A DNA stretch of 64,000 bases, taken from a virus. Its lineage: Duplodnaviria; Caudoviricetes. Under the pieces are notes generated by a model. That model saw only the letters and a program-made list of their open reading frames with translations, was not told the DNA's origin and did not search any database. The position numbers and the translations under genes were made by a program. Positions 39,601 through 49,830 of the stretch are shown here, piece after piece; the first letter of the stretch is position 1, and the number at the start of each line of letters is the position of its first letter. Location: the IMG/VR virus record IMGVR_UViG_3300021426_000005. The stretch is one strand, 5' to 3'.

Positions 39601-39694
39601 TGGGGGCGGTGGGATTTGAACCCACAATCTTCTTTGCTTTCCAGAGAAGTAATAACTTCTAAGGCAAGTGACTTAGCTTTTAGTCGACGCCTCC
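39601..39694 (-). tRNA. atypical or pseudo tRNA with hairpin-expanded anticodon loop
   Basis: GGAGGCG/CGCCCCC acceptor, D arm GACT/AGTC, GTGGG-TTCAAAT-CCCAC T arm; 26-nt anticodon loop; no encoded CCA. Confidence 0.55.
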
Positions 39695-39862
39695 TACATG
39701 AAGAGCTTCCGCCACTTCATGATTAGATCAGTTATAAGACAGGTTTACACTACCATTACGTTCATTTTGTTCTGTCCAGATCAAGCTGGATCTCATTTGT
39801 GGCTGATGAACGAACGTCCCACCAGAAATTTGCATTCACAATGTGGGAGAAAGAAACAGCCC

Positions 39863-39973
39863 TGGATGGCAGCAGTGAGAATCGAACTCACCAGCGAATG
39901 AATATGGTCTGTACTTCTACAGTCCTGAGATTCAAGTTAAATCTCTACATTCCCACTTCAGTGGTCGCCGCCA
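39863..39973 (-). ncRNA. tRNA-like RNA with 8-bp acceptor stem, canonical T arm and CCA
   Basis: TGGCGGCG/TGCTGCCA-T-CCA; GTGAG-TTCGATT-CTCAC; multibranch core. Confidence 0.6.
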
Positions 39974-40194
39974 AAAATGTCCCCAGAAGTTCTATATACC
40001 TCTGGGAAATAAAAGAAGAGGTATTTATTTGGATGTCAGTTTCTGCTTTGTTTTGCTTGTGTGTAAGCAGGATCACACATTGGACAAGAAACCAAGTCAT
40101 CACCTCAGTTTCCTGATACACCCCATGAAGGGGATTCACATGGGGTGTTATTTGGGGAAGATGTCCGCAGCTACTGACGCAGATTGCTGTGGAC

Positions 40195-40271
40195 TGGTGG
40201 AACATGAAGGACTTGAACCTTCGATCGTCCGGTTATGAGCCGGAAGCCTTAACCAGCTTGGCCAATGTTCC
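40195..40271 (-). tRNA. tRNA-CAT (probably Ile2; Met not excluded)
   Basis: TCCGG-CTCATAA-CCGGA anticodon arm typical of Firmicutes Ile2; CCA. Confidence 0.88.
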
Positions 40272-40354
40272 ACATACCGCAGACGTAGTGTCATCTGCGG
40301 TAGTACGATTAAGGACGGTTGAAGAAGTAACCTTCTTCTAATTACATTAACGAT

Positions 40355-40759
40355 TCAATGATTTCGGTTTTTTGTAGGCTTCGACTTATATCTAGGTCTG
40401 GTCTTATCACCATTTATACTGCGGTGCTTATCATTGAATGACTGCTGTGCCGATAGTATCATACTGTCAAGATTTCTGGCTGGTTCAGATACAACAAGAT
40501 GCTTCGGCTGCAAACCTTCATTCCGCAAACTTAGCTCTGGACCACGACCAGTATCAACACATTCAGCAGTAAGTTCCTTACCGACTGAAACGACATCGGC
40601 TACATCATGCACAAAAGACTGTGATAGCTTTGAAATGTGGATGAAACCGGTATACTTTGTACCCAGCAGTTCTACAATGATACCCTTATCCAAGAGCTTC
40701 ATAACTGACACTGGATACTGTTTACCGATTTCAAGAAATCCTTCTGGTAATCTTTCCAT
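40355..40759 (-). CDS. S1 RNA-binding domain protein (YugI/GSP13-like)
   Basis: LEIGK...V.KLLDKGIIVEL...TGFIHISKLSQSFVHDVADVVSVGKEL. Confidence 0.85.
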   Translation of the reverse strand: MERLPEGFLEIGKQYPVSVMKLLDKGIIVELLGTKYTGFIHISKLSQSFVHDVADVVSVGKELTAECVDTGRGPELSLRNEGLQPKHLVVSEPARNLDSMILSAQQSFNDKHRSINGDKTRPRYKSKPTKNRNH

Positions 40760-40760
40760 G

Positions 40761-42575
40761 TTATTCTCCAATTCTAACGGTGAATTTATCAAATTCTGGA
40801 ATGTCAGAATGCTGTACTCCAGCAAGTATTATCTGTATTCCAGTAATCTTATATAAGGTTTTTAACGTGTGTGCGATAGATGGCGGATCTAGGTGATCAA
40901 GTAGATCATCGACAAGAAGCAACCTAAATTCATTATCTGAATTATTCTGCTGGTTGATTGTAATGAGTAGAGCTAATGTGAACAGACATTTCTCTCCGCT
41001 TGAAAGACCGCTGTATTCTATATAGCTTTCATCACGAACTATACCAAATTCAAAGCTGTTCGCTTTCTCTCCTACTAGGAATTTCGCTGAAACATTATTG
41101 TGAAAGATAGAAGTCAGTATCGGTGTCATTGCTGACTCAAATTGTGTGAATGGTGCGATCATGATTTTTGACTGCCAGCCGTTGACACCTGATAGCTTTT
41201 CCCAAGCCTTGTAAATAGTCAGCTTTTCTTCTGCAAGCTGCTTCTCGGAAAGAAGCTCCGCACCTAACTTGAAGTATTTCTCATTTGCAGCTACCTTTAC
41301 TGCTAAATCCTGAAGTTTGTCAATTTCCTTGGAAATTTCCACAACCTCCGCTTCAGCATTAGCCAACTCCATATCACCTAGAGACTCATCTAGCTGGGAT
41401 TTGAGGTTATCATATGTGGTATATTCAGCTTTTATAGCACTGATACGATACTTGACCTTATTATATGCGTCCTTTGTATTGCTGAGTTTAGTCTTTGCAC
41501 TGTTAAGGTGTATCTGCTGATGATTTAGGGTTTCATTAAGGGTATCTAATTCACCCTTCAACTGCTGGATCTGCCGAGATATGCTGTCACAAGTGGAATT
41601 GGTAAACGGACATATTCCGCCGCCGGATATGATCTTCTCATGATCACGGATTTGGTTGATTGTCGTAGCTATATCCGCTGAACTGCGTGGAACTTCTTCC
41701 TCCAGGAACTCTAAATCTTTTGTACACTCAGCTAACTTATCCAAAAGCTCTTTGTACTCCTGGTTATCATCCAGTGAAGGAGAATACTGTGAAATTGTTA
41801 GCTTGCTTAATTTATCCTTTATCTTATCATTGGATCTGCATTTGTATACTTTTTCGGATGCCACAGAGTGTCGAATTTTCAACACACGGAGCTTTTCTTG
41901 AATAGTTTCATTGGTGATAGTGCTGTCGCAATCATCATAGTATACCAAGCTCTGAATGGTATGATCAATGCGCTGAATATCGCCCTTTAATACAGACATA
42001 TTCTCTTTGCATATAGCATTGAAGTTCTTTAATCGGGCAATGACCTGCTCACCTTCAAGAAGACCTACTGCATCATCTAACATAGATTTATCTATGATCT
42101 CGACCGTAGGTGCCACAGCTTTAAGCTCGGCACTCCAATCTATAGACTTTGAACTCTTAGGTAAGAACTCAACAAACCAATCCTTCAGCTTATTAGCAGT
42201 CATACCGATGAATTCGTTGAAGTTACATATTGGGAGTGTGCGATTTCCAAGTAAGGACTCTACATCAAAGCCTTCTGGTTTCGTAGTAATCGTATTTTTA
42301 ATGCTTTTACCATCACGAAACCACTGACGGAGTATTTCAGTACCGTCATCGAACAGCAAGCATACTGACATCATCGGACCGTTTGAATGTTTGAAAATTG
42401 CAGCATTCGTCTTATCTGTACCTGGGATATATCCCAGAATGCCAAGCTGTATGGCTTGCATTATAGTTGATTTACCAGCTCCGTTTTTTCCATAGAAGTA
42501 AGTCATGTCAGACAAATCATAGGTTGCATCAGTTACTTTGTGCATTCCATGAATACTTATAGATGAAAGTTTCAT
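40761..42575 (-). CDS. Rad50/SbcC-like SMC ATPase
   Basis: GKNGAGKS Walker A, coiled coils with CPFT...C hook-like site, LSSGE signature, LLLVDD Walker B. Confidence 0.88.
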   Translation of the reverse strand: MKLSSISIHGMHKVTDATYDLSDMTYFYGKNGAGKSTIMQAIQLGILGYIPGTDKTNAAIFKHSNGPMMSVCLLFDDGTEILRQWFRDGKSIKNTITTKPEGFDVESLLGNRTLPICNFNEFIGMTANKLKDWFVEFLPKSSKSIDWSAELKAVAPTVEIIDKSMLDDAVGLLEGEQVIARLKNFNAICKENMSVLKGDIQRIDHTIQSLVYYDDCDSTITNETIQEKLRVLKIRHSVASEKVYKCRSNDKIKDKLSKLTISQYSPSLDDNQEYKELLDKLAECTKDLEFLEEEVPRSSADIATTINQIRDHEKIISGGGICPFTNSTCDSISRQIQQLKGELDTLNETLNHQQIHLNSAKTKLSNTKDAYNKVKYRISAIKAEYTTYDNLKSQLDESLGDMELANAEAEVVEISKEIDKLQDLAVKVAANEKYFKLGAELLSEKQLAEEKLTIYKAWEKLSGVNGWQSKIMIAPFTQFESAMTPILTSIFHNNVSAKFLVGEKANSFEFGIVRDESYIEYSGLSSGEKCLFTLALLITINQQNNSDNEFRLLLVDDLLDHLDPPSIAHTLKTLYKITGIQIILAGVQHSDIPEFDKFTVRIGE

Positions 42576-42587
42576 ATGGGATCTCCT

Positions 42588-42821
42588 TTAGTATGATATA
42601 AATTCAAAACGATATTCTTGAACGGCCTCGGGGTACTTTTCTTTATCAACCTTTGACGTGAACATATCCAGAGGTCTAGACCACAATTCATTAGTTCCCA
42701 GGTGTTCATACACGACCAAGGGCTCCCCAGTCTCAGTATGCTTAGATACACCGATTACCCGAATGTATGCACCTTTGAAGTGGCGATACACACCACAAGC
42801 TACCTGCTTCACTGATTTCAC
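42588..42821 (-). CDS. DUF1653 family protein
   Basis: GVYRHFKG...HTETGE.LVVY...WSRPLDMF.S.VD..KYP. Confidence 0.88.
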   Translation of the reverse strand: MKSVKQVACGVYRHFKGAYIRVIGVSKHTETGEPLVVYEHLGTNELWSRPLDMFTSKVDKEKYPEAVQEYRFEFISY

Positions 42822-42822
42822 C

Positions 42823-43272
42823 TCACTTCGCTAATTTCTCAAGCAGCTGTTCATATAGCTGTTTATAAAGATCACGTTCTGTTTTAATAACCAGATCCGG
42901 TGATATTTCCGGCTGAATCGGTGATATGATTTTAGGCGGATTACAGTTCAATCCCAAGGACGCCATAAGTGCATCATCTATAGGCTTCATCTCAGCATCT
43001 GTAAGGGACGTTATATAATCTCCAATCCGATTAACAGATACTGAATTGACCTGCTCACATAGAACGGTTGATGTCACGCCGTTTGCGGTCACTTCAGCAT
43101 GAGTTGGTAACTCAGGTTTATGCCTAGTAGTAAGATATACTACTTCAAGAACGTTGCTGAAGTGGTTGTTGGTGTTGTTTGATACAATTACACCAGGTCT
43201 ACCAGCTTCCTGCTCTGAGCCATATGCGGGCTGCTTGTATATGTAGAAAATATCTCCACGTTTGTATTCCAT
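42823..43272 (-). CDS. PemK/MazF-like protein
   Basis: KRGDIFY...GSEQEAGRPGVIVSNN...LTT...LCEQV.SV. Confidence 0.85.
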   Translation of the reverse strand: MEYKRGDIFYIYKQPAYGSEQEAGRPGVIVSNNTNNHFSNVLEVVYLTTRHKPELPTHAEVTANGVTSTVLCEQVNSVSVNRIGDYITSLTDAEMKPIDDALMASLGLNCNPPKIISPIQPEISPDLVIKTERDLYKQLYEQLLEKLAK

Positions 43273-43340
43273 TTTTATTCTCCTTTATATTATTTTTGTA
43301 ATGAAACGTTTAGCATCTTATATATACTATAACGACACGG

Positions 43341-44984
43341 CTAATCAAATATTCCGTCCGGCTGCTTGTATCTCCCATCAGGTCTCCCATCAGGATTATC
43401 CACCCACAGAGTCAGCTTTGTCTTAGCTCTTGTACAACCAACGTAAAAGCAGTTCATTTGATCTTCATTCTTGAACACAGGGAAGCTCTTTCCATTGACC
43501 CCAATCAAATGCACAGAGTCATATTCAAGTCCTTTTGCAGAGTGAATTGTACCTACATATAAACCGTTTTCTGAATTAGTATCCGATAGTAAGAGCTTAT
43601 TTACGGCTTTAATTACGTCTGTTATTGTAGGCAGATCCATAAGCTCCTGTTTATGAAATAATCCATTGTTGAATATGGTGTACAGCCCTAAGCAGAAAAT
43701 CCTTCCTGATGCTTCAGGTTGACCGGCGATCAATCTTCTTACTTGCATTATTAAATCAATGTCCCTGCGGAACTTGATCCCAAATAACTGAAGAAAAGTA
43801 GCTTCTGTAAAGTCATCGGATATACTACTCATTCTCAGATAGCGACCATAATCATCAGCTGAAAGTTTAGTTGATATCCATTCAACTAGATACTTCTCAT
43901 CTACAGCACTGTTCAGTATGTGTCCGACATACCCAGATTTATTGTTGGTAGAATACGGAATGTTGAATGCGGTTAGAAGTTCCACTACCCTAGTTACCTC
44001 AGCATTGGTTCTGCACAAGATAGCCGTACTTCCAGGCTCTTCTGCGATAGGAATTAGATCCTTTGGTGTATTGTAATCAAATGAAGGTTTGATTACAATC
44101 GGTTCACCCGGTTTATCGCTGACCATTTCTATATTGAATGGATCATTCTTCCAATCAAAGTGTATTCGATTGGCATACTCGCATATCTGCTGTGTAGATC
44201 TGTAGTTAGTAGGTAAAATTATAGTTTCCCAATCAGAATTTGAAGCGAGCGATTTTATAATTTCACTTGATGTCCCTCTGAAAGAATATAGGTTTTGCTT
44301 CGCATCACCCACAACAAACAGCTTAGATTCATTAAATGATGAAATAAATCCCCACTGTTTATCATCGGTATCTTGGAATTCATCTGCGATCACATAGTTA
44401 TATTTCTGCTTGTACTTCCTGATACATTCATGATCATCTATGAATAGTTGTCCTATATCATAACACATAATGTCGAAAGTTATAAGATTTGCTTTTCTCA
44501 GCAACTTCTTGTATGCCAACCAGTAAGTCTTATATTGAAACCGCTTGTTCAGAGGTATTTCGCTTTCAGGCTTATCCAGCTCTGTATCTGAGAGCTTTGT
44601 TCCGACAGCACTTCTAGCTAGACCACGATACTTCTTAATATCTGCATCAGATGCTACTTGCGGAACTTTCATGTACCCCATTACTGACTTAACTGTAGGA
44701 TCCATAACAAGTAACTTATAGCAAAAGCTATGAAATGTTCCGAATTGAGGAGTTATGGTTTCACCAGACTGTGCCTTATACCTTATTTCCATTTCATGTG
44801 CGGCAGCATTGGTAAATGTCAGTGCCAAGATTGAACTGGGATCTACACCCAGTCCTACTAATCGGCAGATACGTTCGATCAAAACAGTCGTTTTTCCACT
44901 ACCAGCGGCAGCAATGACACAGATCTTATCAGAATTACTGTTTACAGCAAGCAACTGCTGTTCATTCAGATTCTTCAATGTCAT
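43341..44984 (-). CDS. UvrD/Rep/PcrA-family helicase
   Basis: AAAGSGKT, LTFTNAAA, DEFQD, VGDAKQNLYSFRG, NYRS, TIHSAKGLE, YVGCTRAK. Confidence 0.93.
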   Translation of the reverse strand: MTLKNLNEQQLLAVNSNSDKICVIAAAGSGKTTVLIERICRLVGLGVDPSSILALTFTNAAAHEMEIRYKAQSGETITPQFGTFHSFCYKLLVMDPTVKSVMGYMKVPQVASDADIKKYRGLARSAVGTKLSDTELDKPESEIPLNKRFQYKTYWLAYKKLLRKANLITFDIMCYDIGQLFIDDHECIRKYKQKYNYVIADEFQDTDDKQWGFISSFNESKLFVVGDAKQNLYSFRGTSSEIIKSLASNSDWETIILPTNYRSTQQICEYANRIHFDWKNDPFNIEMVSDKPGEPIVIKPSFDYNTPKDLIPIAEEPGSTAILCRTNAEVTRVVELLTAFNIPYSTNNKSGYVGHILNSAVDEKYLVEWISTKLSADDYGRYLRMSSISDDFTEATFLQLFGIKFRRDIDLIMQVRRLIAGQPEASGRIFCLGLYTIFNNGLFHKQELMDLPTITDVIKAVNKLLLSDTNSENGLYVGTIHSAKGLEYDSVHLIGVNGKSFPVFKNEDQMNCFYVGCTRAKTKLTLWVDNPDGRPDGRYKQPDGIFD

Positions 44985-45936
44985 CTTCCTTTCCAGCCCA
45001 AGGCTTGATGTGAATATCGGTAATGTCAGAGAACAAAGCCCTTCCTTTAGCCGTGACATAGTATGCTTTGCTCTCCCCTATCGCCATATATCCCCATTCT
45101 ACAAGCTGATTGAGATACGGCTTATCCTCTGCTGTAGCATAGTAATAGTTCATGTGCGGTTCAAATCTATGCCAAGTTCTACCTATAACCAGACTACCAC
45201 GATAGCCTATTGTGCTCCGTATCAGCATAATGTGACGTAGGGTAATGGAATCGATTAACTTTGGATCAACCATGTTTCTTCACTTCCTCATCGAAATCTA
45301 TGCCGATTTCGTTCTTCATAAATTCCAGACATTCTATTGTCCCGAATTTCTTCCCTAGGATTCCCGTGGACATGGTTTGAAATGTAGCATCGATATTTCG
45401 CTTAAACTGCATCAACCGCTGTGTTCGCCAGTTGTATGGTGGCTTGTACAGCGTTGAAAATGCAACCGCAAGTATTTGTGCTGAAGCATCCTTAATAGCT
45501 GCCTGATATATTTCAGCTTCCTTTGAAGCCCACTGTTCCTCAAGGTAAGCAGTCAGTTCTTCTTCGGTAAAGCACTTTATCTTCTTACTTACGGTACCGT
45601 CTTTTGCCCGTCTATAGTTTGATTTCATGGTAAATCCTCTTCTCCTATATATTCAGATAACTCTTCTACAATGTCTTCATAATCGTTTTCGTCTAGTACC
45701 TGAATACAGGCAGCTACATCACTGCCACACTTATTCGCAATGTAAGTCATTAGCTGTTCTGTTGTAGAAAAGAACATCATACCGTCCGGAGTGACCAACC
45801 CTTTTGTCCCATCAACTAAAACGGTTGCAATGTCATACTCCCCACCATATATGTTGCCGGTCTTCACAATATCACCACCTAATAAAAATAGTCTATGTAA
45901 GAATTTCTCCTTACATAGACTATAACGATTGATCAA
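44962..45936 (-). CDS. three small hypothetical ORFs
   Basis: 44962..45273, 45266..45628, 45625..45936 overlap in series. Confidence 0.55.
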
Positions 45937-45941
45937 GTTAA

Positions 45942-46865
45942 TTATTGATAGTAGAAGTGATTTTGATATCCGTCACCCCACCATGAGTTATCGCTGTTAA
46001 ATTCCCCCATATTTGAGAAATAGTAATCTACGGCATCATAGCAAGCCTGAGTAGGTGTACAACACCCAGGCCAATATCCACTAAACTGACCTGGCTGAGT
46101 AAGTACATCATATACAGTTGCAGGAAATCTGCTATCGTATACACGATTCATGACCCCGGCAGCAACCTTAGCTTTACTATATGTGTCAATATACGATGAC
46201 CCAGCTTCATGCCAGACTATTTCTGCAAGTAGCTGCCTATCATAATCAGCTACTGTTGGTGTTTCCGGAACATATTCATGAAGGATTTCCATATCAGGGC
46301 TGCACTCTGAACATTTCCTTGCTTCAATATCCTCAGTATCGGTTATTTCATAACATTCTGAGGAATACCATCTGCACTTGTTTGTATGAATGTAGTGGGT
46401 AGATGGCTTAAATACTGTGAAAGTAGGTTCTTCAACCACAGGTTCTGTTGTTTCAAATTCTTCTTCAATGATTTCTTCTTCGACAATCTCTTCAATTTCT
46501 TCTGGTTGAAATTGTTCTTCTTCAACGTCAACAACTTCTTCCTCTACAGTTGCTTCCTCTATTTGAACGGTTTCGGTTGTTGACTGTGTACTAGTAGTGA
46601 CTACGGCAGTAGTGGTTTCTGTAGTAACTGTAGTGGTCACTGTAGTAGCAGGGGCTGTAGATGTAGCTGTAGTCACTTCAGGAATAAACGGATCCACATC
46701 ATATGCTAGTGCTTCCTTTATTTGAGAAGTCCTAACTGCTACCGGAGTGCTGGGGTCTGTGTCTATGCTGTAGCGTCCACTCCCAATCAACATCAAAGAC
46801 AGCATAGAGGGAATTAAAATAATTTGTGTCGCCCTTTTCAAGCGACTTCGGTTTAGAATTTTCAT
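45942..46865 (-). CDS. SleB/CwlJ-like cell wall hydrolase (Hydrolase_2) with N-terminal anchor and T/E-rich linker
   Basis: LLAEIVWHEAG...VAAGVMNRV.DSRFP.TV.DVL.QPGQF; AGGAGG RBS. Confidence 0.85.
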   Translation of the reverse strand: MKILNRSRLKRATQIILIPSMLSLMLIGSGRYSIDTDPSTPVAVRTSQIKEALAYDVDPFIPEVTTATSTAPATTVTTTVTTETTTAVVTTSTQSTTETVQIEEATVEEEVVDVEEEQFQPEEIEEIVEEEIIEEEFETTEPVVEEPTFTVFKPSTHYIHTNKCRWYSSECYEITDTEDIEARKCSECSPDMEILHEYVPETPTVADYDRQLLAEIVWHEAGSSYIDTYSKAKVAAGVMNRVYDSRFPATVYDVLTQPGQFSGYWPGCCTPTQACYDAVDYYFSNMGEFNSDNSWWGDGYQNHFYYQ

Positions 46866-47054
46866 AATGAAATTCCTCCTTGAAATAAATTTATCGTGTA
46901 TAAAAACGACTGTGTAGGATTGCTCCCACACAGTCTACAACGATTGCTGTTCAATTATCTTTCGTACAAGGCTATTTATAGCCATTTGTAGGCTGTTGAT
47001 ACCCTCACAGCCCTAAACCTAAAAATCAGCAGAATTTAAGTCAAATGATTTACA

Positions 47055-47771
47055 TCAGATAAATATCAGACTGTCATCATAGAGAATTGAAGCCGCTACA
47101 TCCCCAACGACACCGTCATTTATAGCAGTGATGAGCTTACCCTTGCGTGTTGCGTTGGGGAACACCTGCTGAATCTCATCCATATAATCAGCAGTCTTTC
47201 TGTTGAGCTGATATCCAGATTTTGTTTTCCCCTCATTGCTCTTACCTGTACCCTCATATACAGTTATGTATATTTTTCCACCAGGCTTTACAATCTTTCT
47301 CATGTTTTCAAGAACACCAAGTCTATTCTCAGGTTCTTTTATAACATTGAGAACATTTGAACAGGTAGCAGTATCAGCCCCACCGTGTTCTCTTACAAGG
47401 TTGATGACTTCTCTGTTATGCTTCTTAGAGCGGTTGAATGGGTCAAGTACCATATTGATAACATCGTACTGTGTCAAATATTCTGCCACATTGTCAAACC
47501 GACCGCCACCGTAATCCACATTGACAGTTCCAGGTTCAAAGGTCACAAGATGAAATAATGCAGGAAGATTCTTAGCATTGATAGATGTATTTTCAGAAGT
47601 AAACTCCTGATCTATCTCCTTGATGGAATCCCACACATCTTCATACACATCATGTTCACCAGTATATTCCTCATAAGGATCTTCTTCTCTGGCACTATAT
47701 ATCTTACGTTCGGGATAACAAGCTCTTGCAGAAGAAACGCTGTGTTTTCTACTTCTAACTGTAATTTTCAT
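47055..47771 (-). CDS. class I SAM-dependent methyltransferase with basic leader
   Basis: VDYGGGRFD, LDPFN, ADTATCSNVLNVI. Confidence 0.75.
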   Translation of the reverse strand: MKITVRSRKHSVSSARACYPERKIYSAREEDPYEEYTGEHDVYEDVWDSIKEIDQEFTSENTSINAKNLPALFHLVTFEPGTVNVDYGGGRFDNVAEYLTQYDVINMVLDPFNRSKKHNREVINLVREHGGADTATCSNVLNVIKEPENRLGVLENMRKIVKPGGKIYITVYEGTGKSNEGKTKSGYQLNRKTADYMDEIQQVFPNATRKGKLITAINDGVVGDVAASILYDDSLIFI

Positions 47772-47852
47772 AGCAATTTCACCTCAAAAAATAAAAAATC
47801 GGTAATAGAATTACTCTCTATTACCGATATATAAGGTTATTTTGCATTGTAA

Positions 47853-48410
47853 TTAGCGGTCTAATGGTAATCCATAGCGTTGTAACTGTACATTCCACCG
47901 ACCTATTCCATTACCATCTGAGGTTTCCTGCAAGGTATTAAGCCACTGCCTGCTCCAATTCCAGCTATCAGCTACATCAAAACCAGGATAATTGTTTAAG
48001 ACCCACAGCCACTTATGATGGAATATATACTCTGAATGTCCGGTCTTGATTGTTCCGTCAGGTTTCACTGTAATATAGTCTCCGACCTTGGGCTCTCTTG
48101 CAGTATCAAAATCAGGCGATTCCTGAAATGATACATCACCGGTTTTAGGGGAATACCGTATGCAGTTATATTCATAGTCTGGATATTCTTCTGATAGCAC
48201 TTGTTCTGCATATTCTAAAATATCAAGAGGAATTACATCTTCGGCATAATCCCTATGGAAATATATATCTCCGCCGATTTCTTTACCCACACCGTATTTT
48301 GAACTTCGTTTTATAGGTGAGCCTTTATATGTTTTAAGGGTAGATCCTACTTCAGTCTGCTTATCATTATACTCCTGCGGAGTAAGTGCAGCTCTTATAT
48401 AACGTTTCAT
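47853..48410 (-). CDS. MKRYIRA-leader protein resembling the accessory domain of phosphorothioation-associated methyltransferases
   Basis: VSFQESPDFDTAREP...IFHHKWLWV. Confidence 0.5.
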   Translation of the reverse strand: MKRYIRAALTPQEYNDKQTEVGSTLKTYKGSPIKRSSKYGVGKEIGGDIYFHRDYAEDVIPLDILEYAEQVLSEEYPDYEYNCIRYSPKTGDVSFQESPDFDTAREPKVGDYITVKPDGTIKTGHSEYIFHHKWLWVLNNYPGFDVADSWNWSRQWLNTLQETSDGNGIGRWNVQLQRYGLPLDR

Positions 48411-48447
48411 TCATACTACTCCTCGCCATGCGTGATGTGAGCCTACA

Positions 48448-48879
48448 TCAATGTGAGATTTCTTCAAGAGTAAGCGCTTCATTCTTTACCACATCTTTCT
48501 TTGATTGGATATATGCTTCGATGTGCTGGGTGATTATTTCTTCCAGATCAATACCGTTTTTATCAATTATGGCCTTGGTAGTAGTTAGCAGACTATCAGT
48601 AACATTATTGATCACTGTACGGAGCACATCAGCTTGAGTTTCCTTATTCCAGGCATCATTCTCCTTCAGTACCGCTACCGTGGTCTGCTCACAGTGATCT
48701 ACACAAGTAGCAACGGTAGTTGTTATGTCAGAAATAACTGCCTTGATGTTCTCATTATCGGTTTTAGACTTCAGCCATGAAGCCAGAGCTGGAAGTAGCA
48801 CTGTAGTGATCACAGCAGCTAATATGGTAAATACCAATTCAATTATGGATTTAATTACATATTCATTCATAATAATCAC
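48448..48879 (-). CDS. holin-like protein (LL-H type)
   Basis: N-terminal TM, V...EQT, IEAYI motifs. Confidence 0.55.
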   Translation of the reverse strand: MIIMNEYVIKSIIELVFTILAAVITTVLLPALASWLKSKTDNENIKAVISDITTTVATCVDHCEQTTVAVLKENDAWNKETQADVLRTVINNVTDSLLTTTKAIIDKNGIDLEEIITQHIEAYIQSKKDVVKNEALTLEEISH

Positions 48880-49358
48880 TTCTCCGGATCGTATTCAGAA
48901 AAATAAGTATTCATAAGGTCCCTCACAAGAACATTGTTGTGGTGTGATGCCTTATCTATCGTATCATTGAAATAGAGCTTTCCTTGGCTATTGAAACCAC
49001 AAAGATGATATTCTCGGTATAGGATTATCAGCTGTTTCAGTTCTTCACTGTAATCTTCATTTCCGGCTTCAATAGCAAGCTGAATCCGTTTCGATTTCTC
49101 AAGGATCTGGGTCTGTAAACCTGTCCGCTGCGCTGATGATAACTTAGTCAATTGTTTTGTTATATCATCAATTGCGGCTTTTGTTTCAGATATGGTATCC
49201 TTAGTTTCGGCAGTTGTCTGCATTACGTCCTTGATGTACTTTTTGCCGGGATTGATTTTCTCCCAATTATTCAGAACTGCGACTAAAACGGCCGAAATCA
49301 GCGGTGCGATTACCGATATTAAAGCAAGCATAGTTTCTTTATTCATCGAAATCATCAT
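48876..49358 (-). CDS. membrane-anchored coiled-coil protein (holin-adjacent)
   Basis: N-terminal TM; LY.EYH..GFN motif. Confidence 0.5.
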   Translation of the reverse strand: MMISMNKETMLALISVIAPLISAVLVAVLNNWEKINPGKKYIKDVMQTTAETKDTISETKAAIDDITKQLTKLSSAQRTGLQTQILEKSKRIQLAIEAGNEDYSEELKQLIILYREYHLCGFNSQGKLYFNDTIDKASHHNNVLVRDLMNTYFSEYDPEK

Positions 49359-49695
49359 CCTTTACGGACTTTATCAGCCATTTTAGGTACTGGTCGGTTT
49401 CTTTATCGCAAAGAGGACAGATACCGGTGATTTTTTCGACTTCCTGATCTGATTCAACCAATGCTGAAATAAACACTCCGTGACAGGAATCGCATTCCGC
49501 TATGAAGTGGTTAGCGATATTGTTATCAAGTTCGATGTCTATATCATCTTCTTCAACATCATCAATGGTGTCCTGGATGTCCTCAACAGAATCCGATATA
49601 TCATCTATAGTATCCACAATATCGTAATCCTCTTCATCAGCAGCTACAATTCTTGTAGATGATTTTATGGGCTTCCTATTCTTACTCAGCTTCAT
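49339..49695 (-). CDS. acidic Zn-ribbon protein with basic leader (RKPIKSSTRIVAA)
   Basis: D/E-rich segment, CDSC...CPLC. Confidence 0.65.
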   Translation of the reverse strand: MKLSKNRKPIKSSTRIVAADEEDYDIVDTIDDISDSVEDIQDTIDDVEEDDIDIELDNNIANHFIAECDSCHGVFISALVESDQEVEKITGICPLCDKETDQYLKWLIKSVKDDDFDE

Positions 49696-49830
49696 GATGT
49701 TCAGCTCCTTACATAAAAATAACGGTAGCAGATGTTATTCTACTACCGTTATATAAGGTTAAACATACTTCTTATGTAAAGCCCCTTATGGTACAAGTAT
49801 AATACACATAGGGGCTGTTGCAAACTGTTT

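Noticed and set aside
36938-40238. Short ORFs from the track overlapping the tRNA cluster (e.g. 36938..37165, 37700..38131, 37853..38158, 39799..40116)
   Set aside because: They run through tRNA or structured-RNA sequence and have no recognisable protein features.
42823-43272. MazEF toxin-antitoxin module
   Set aside because: No antitoxin-like gene upstream; solo PemK-like genes are common in Firmicutes phages.
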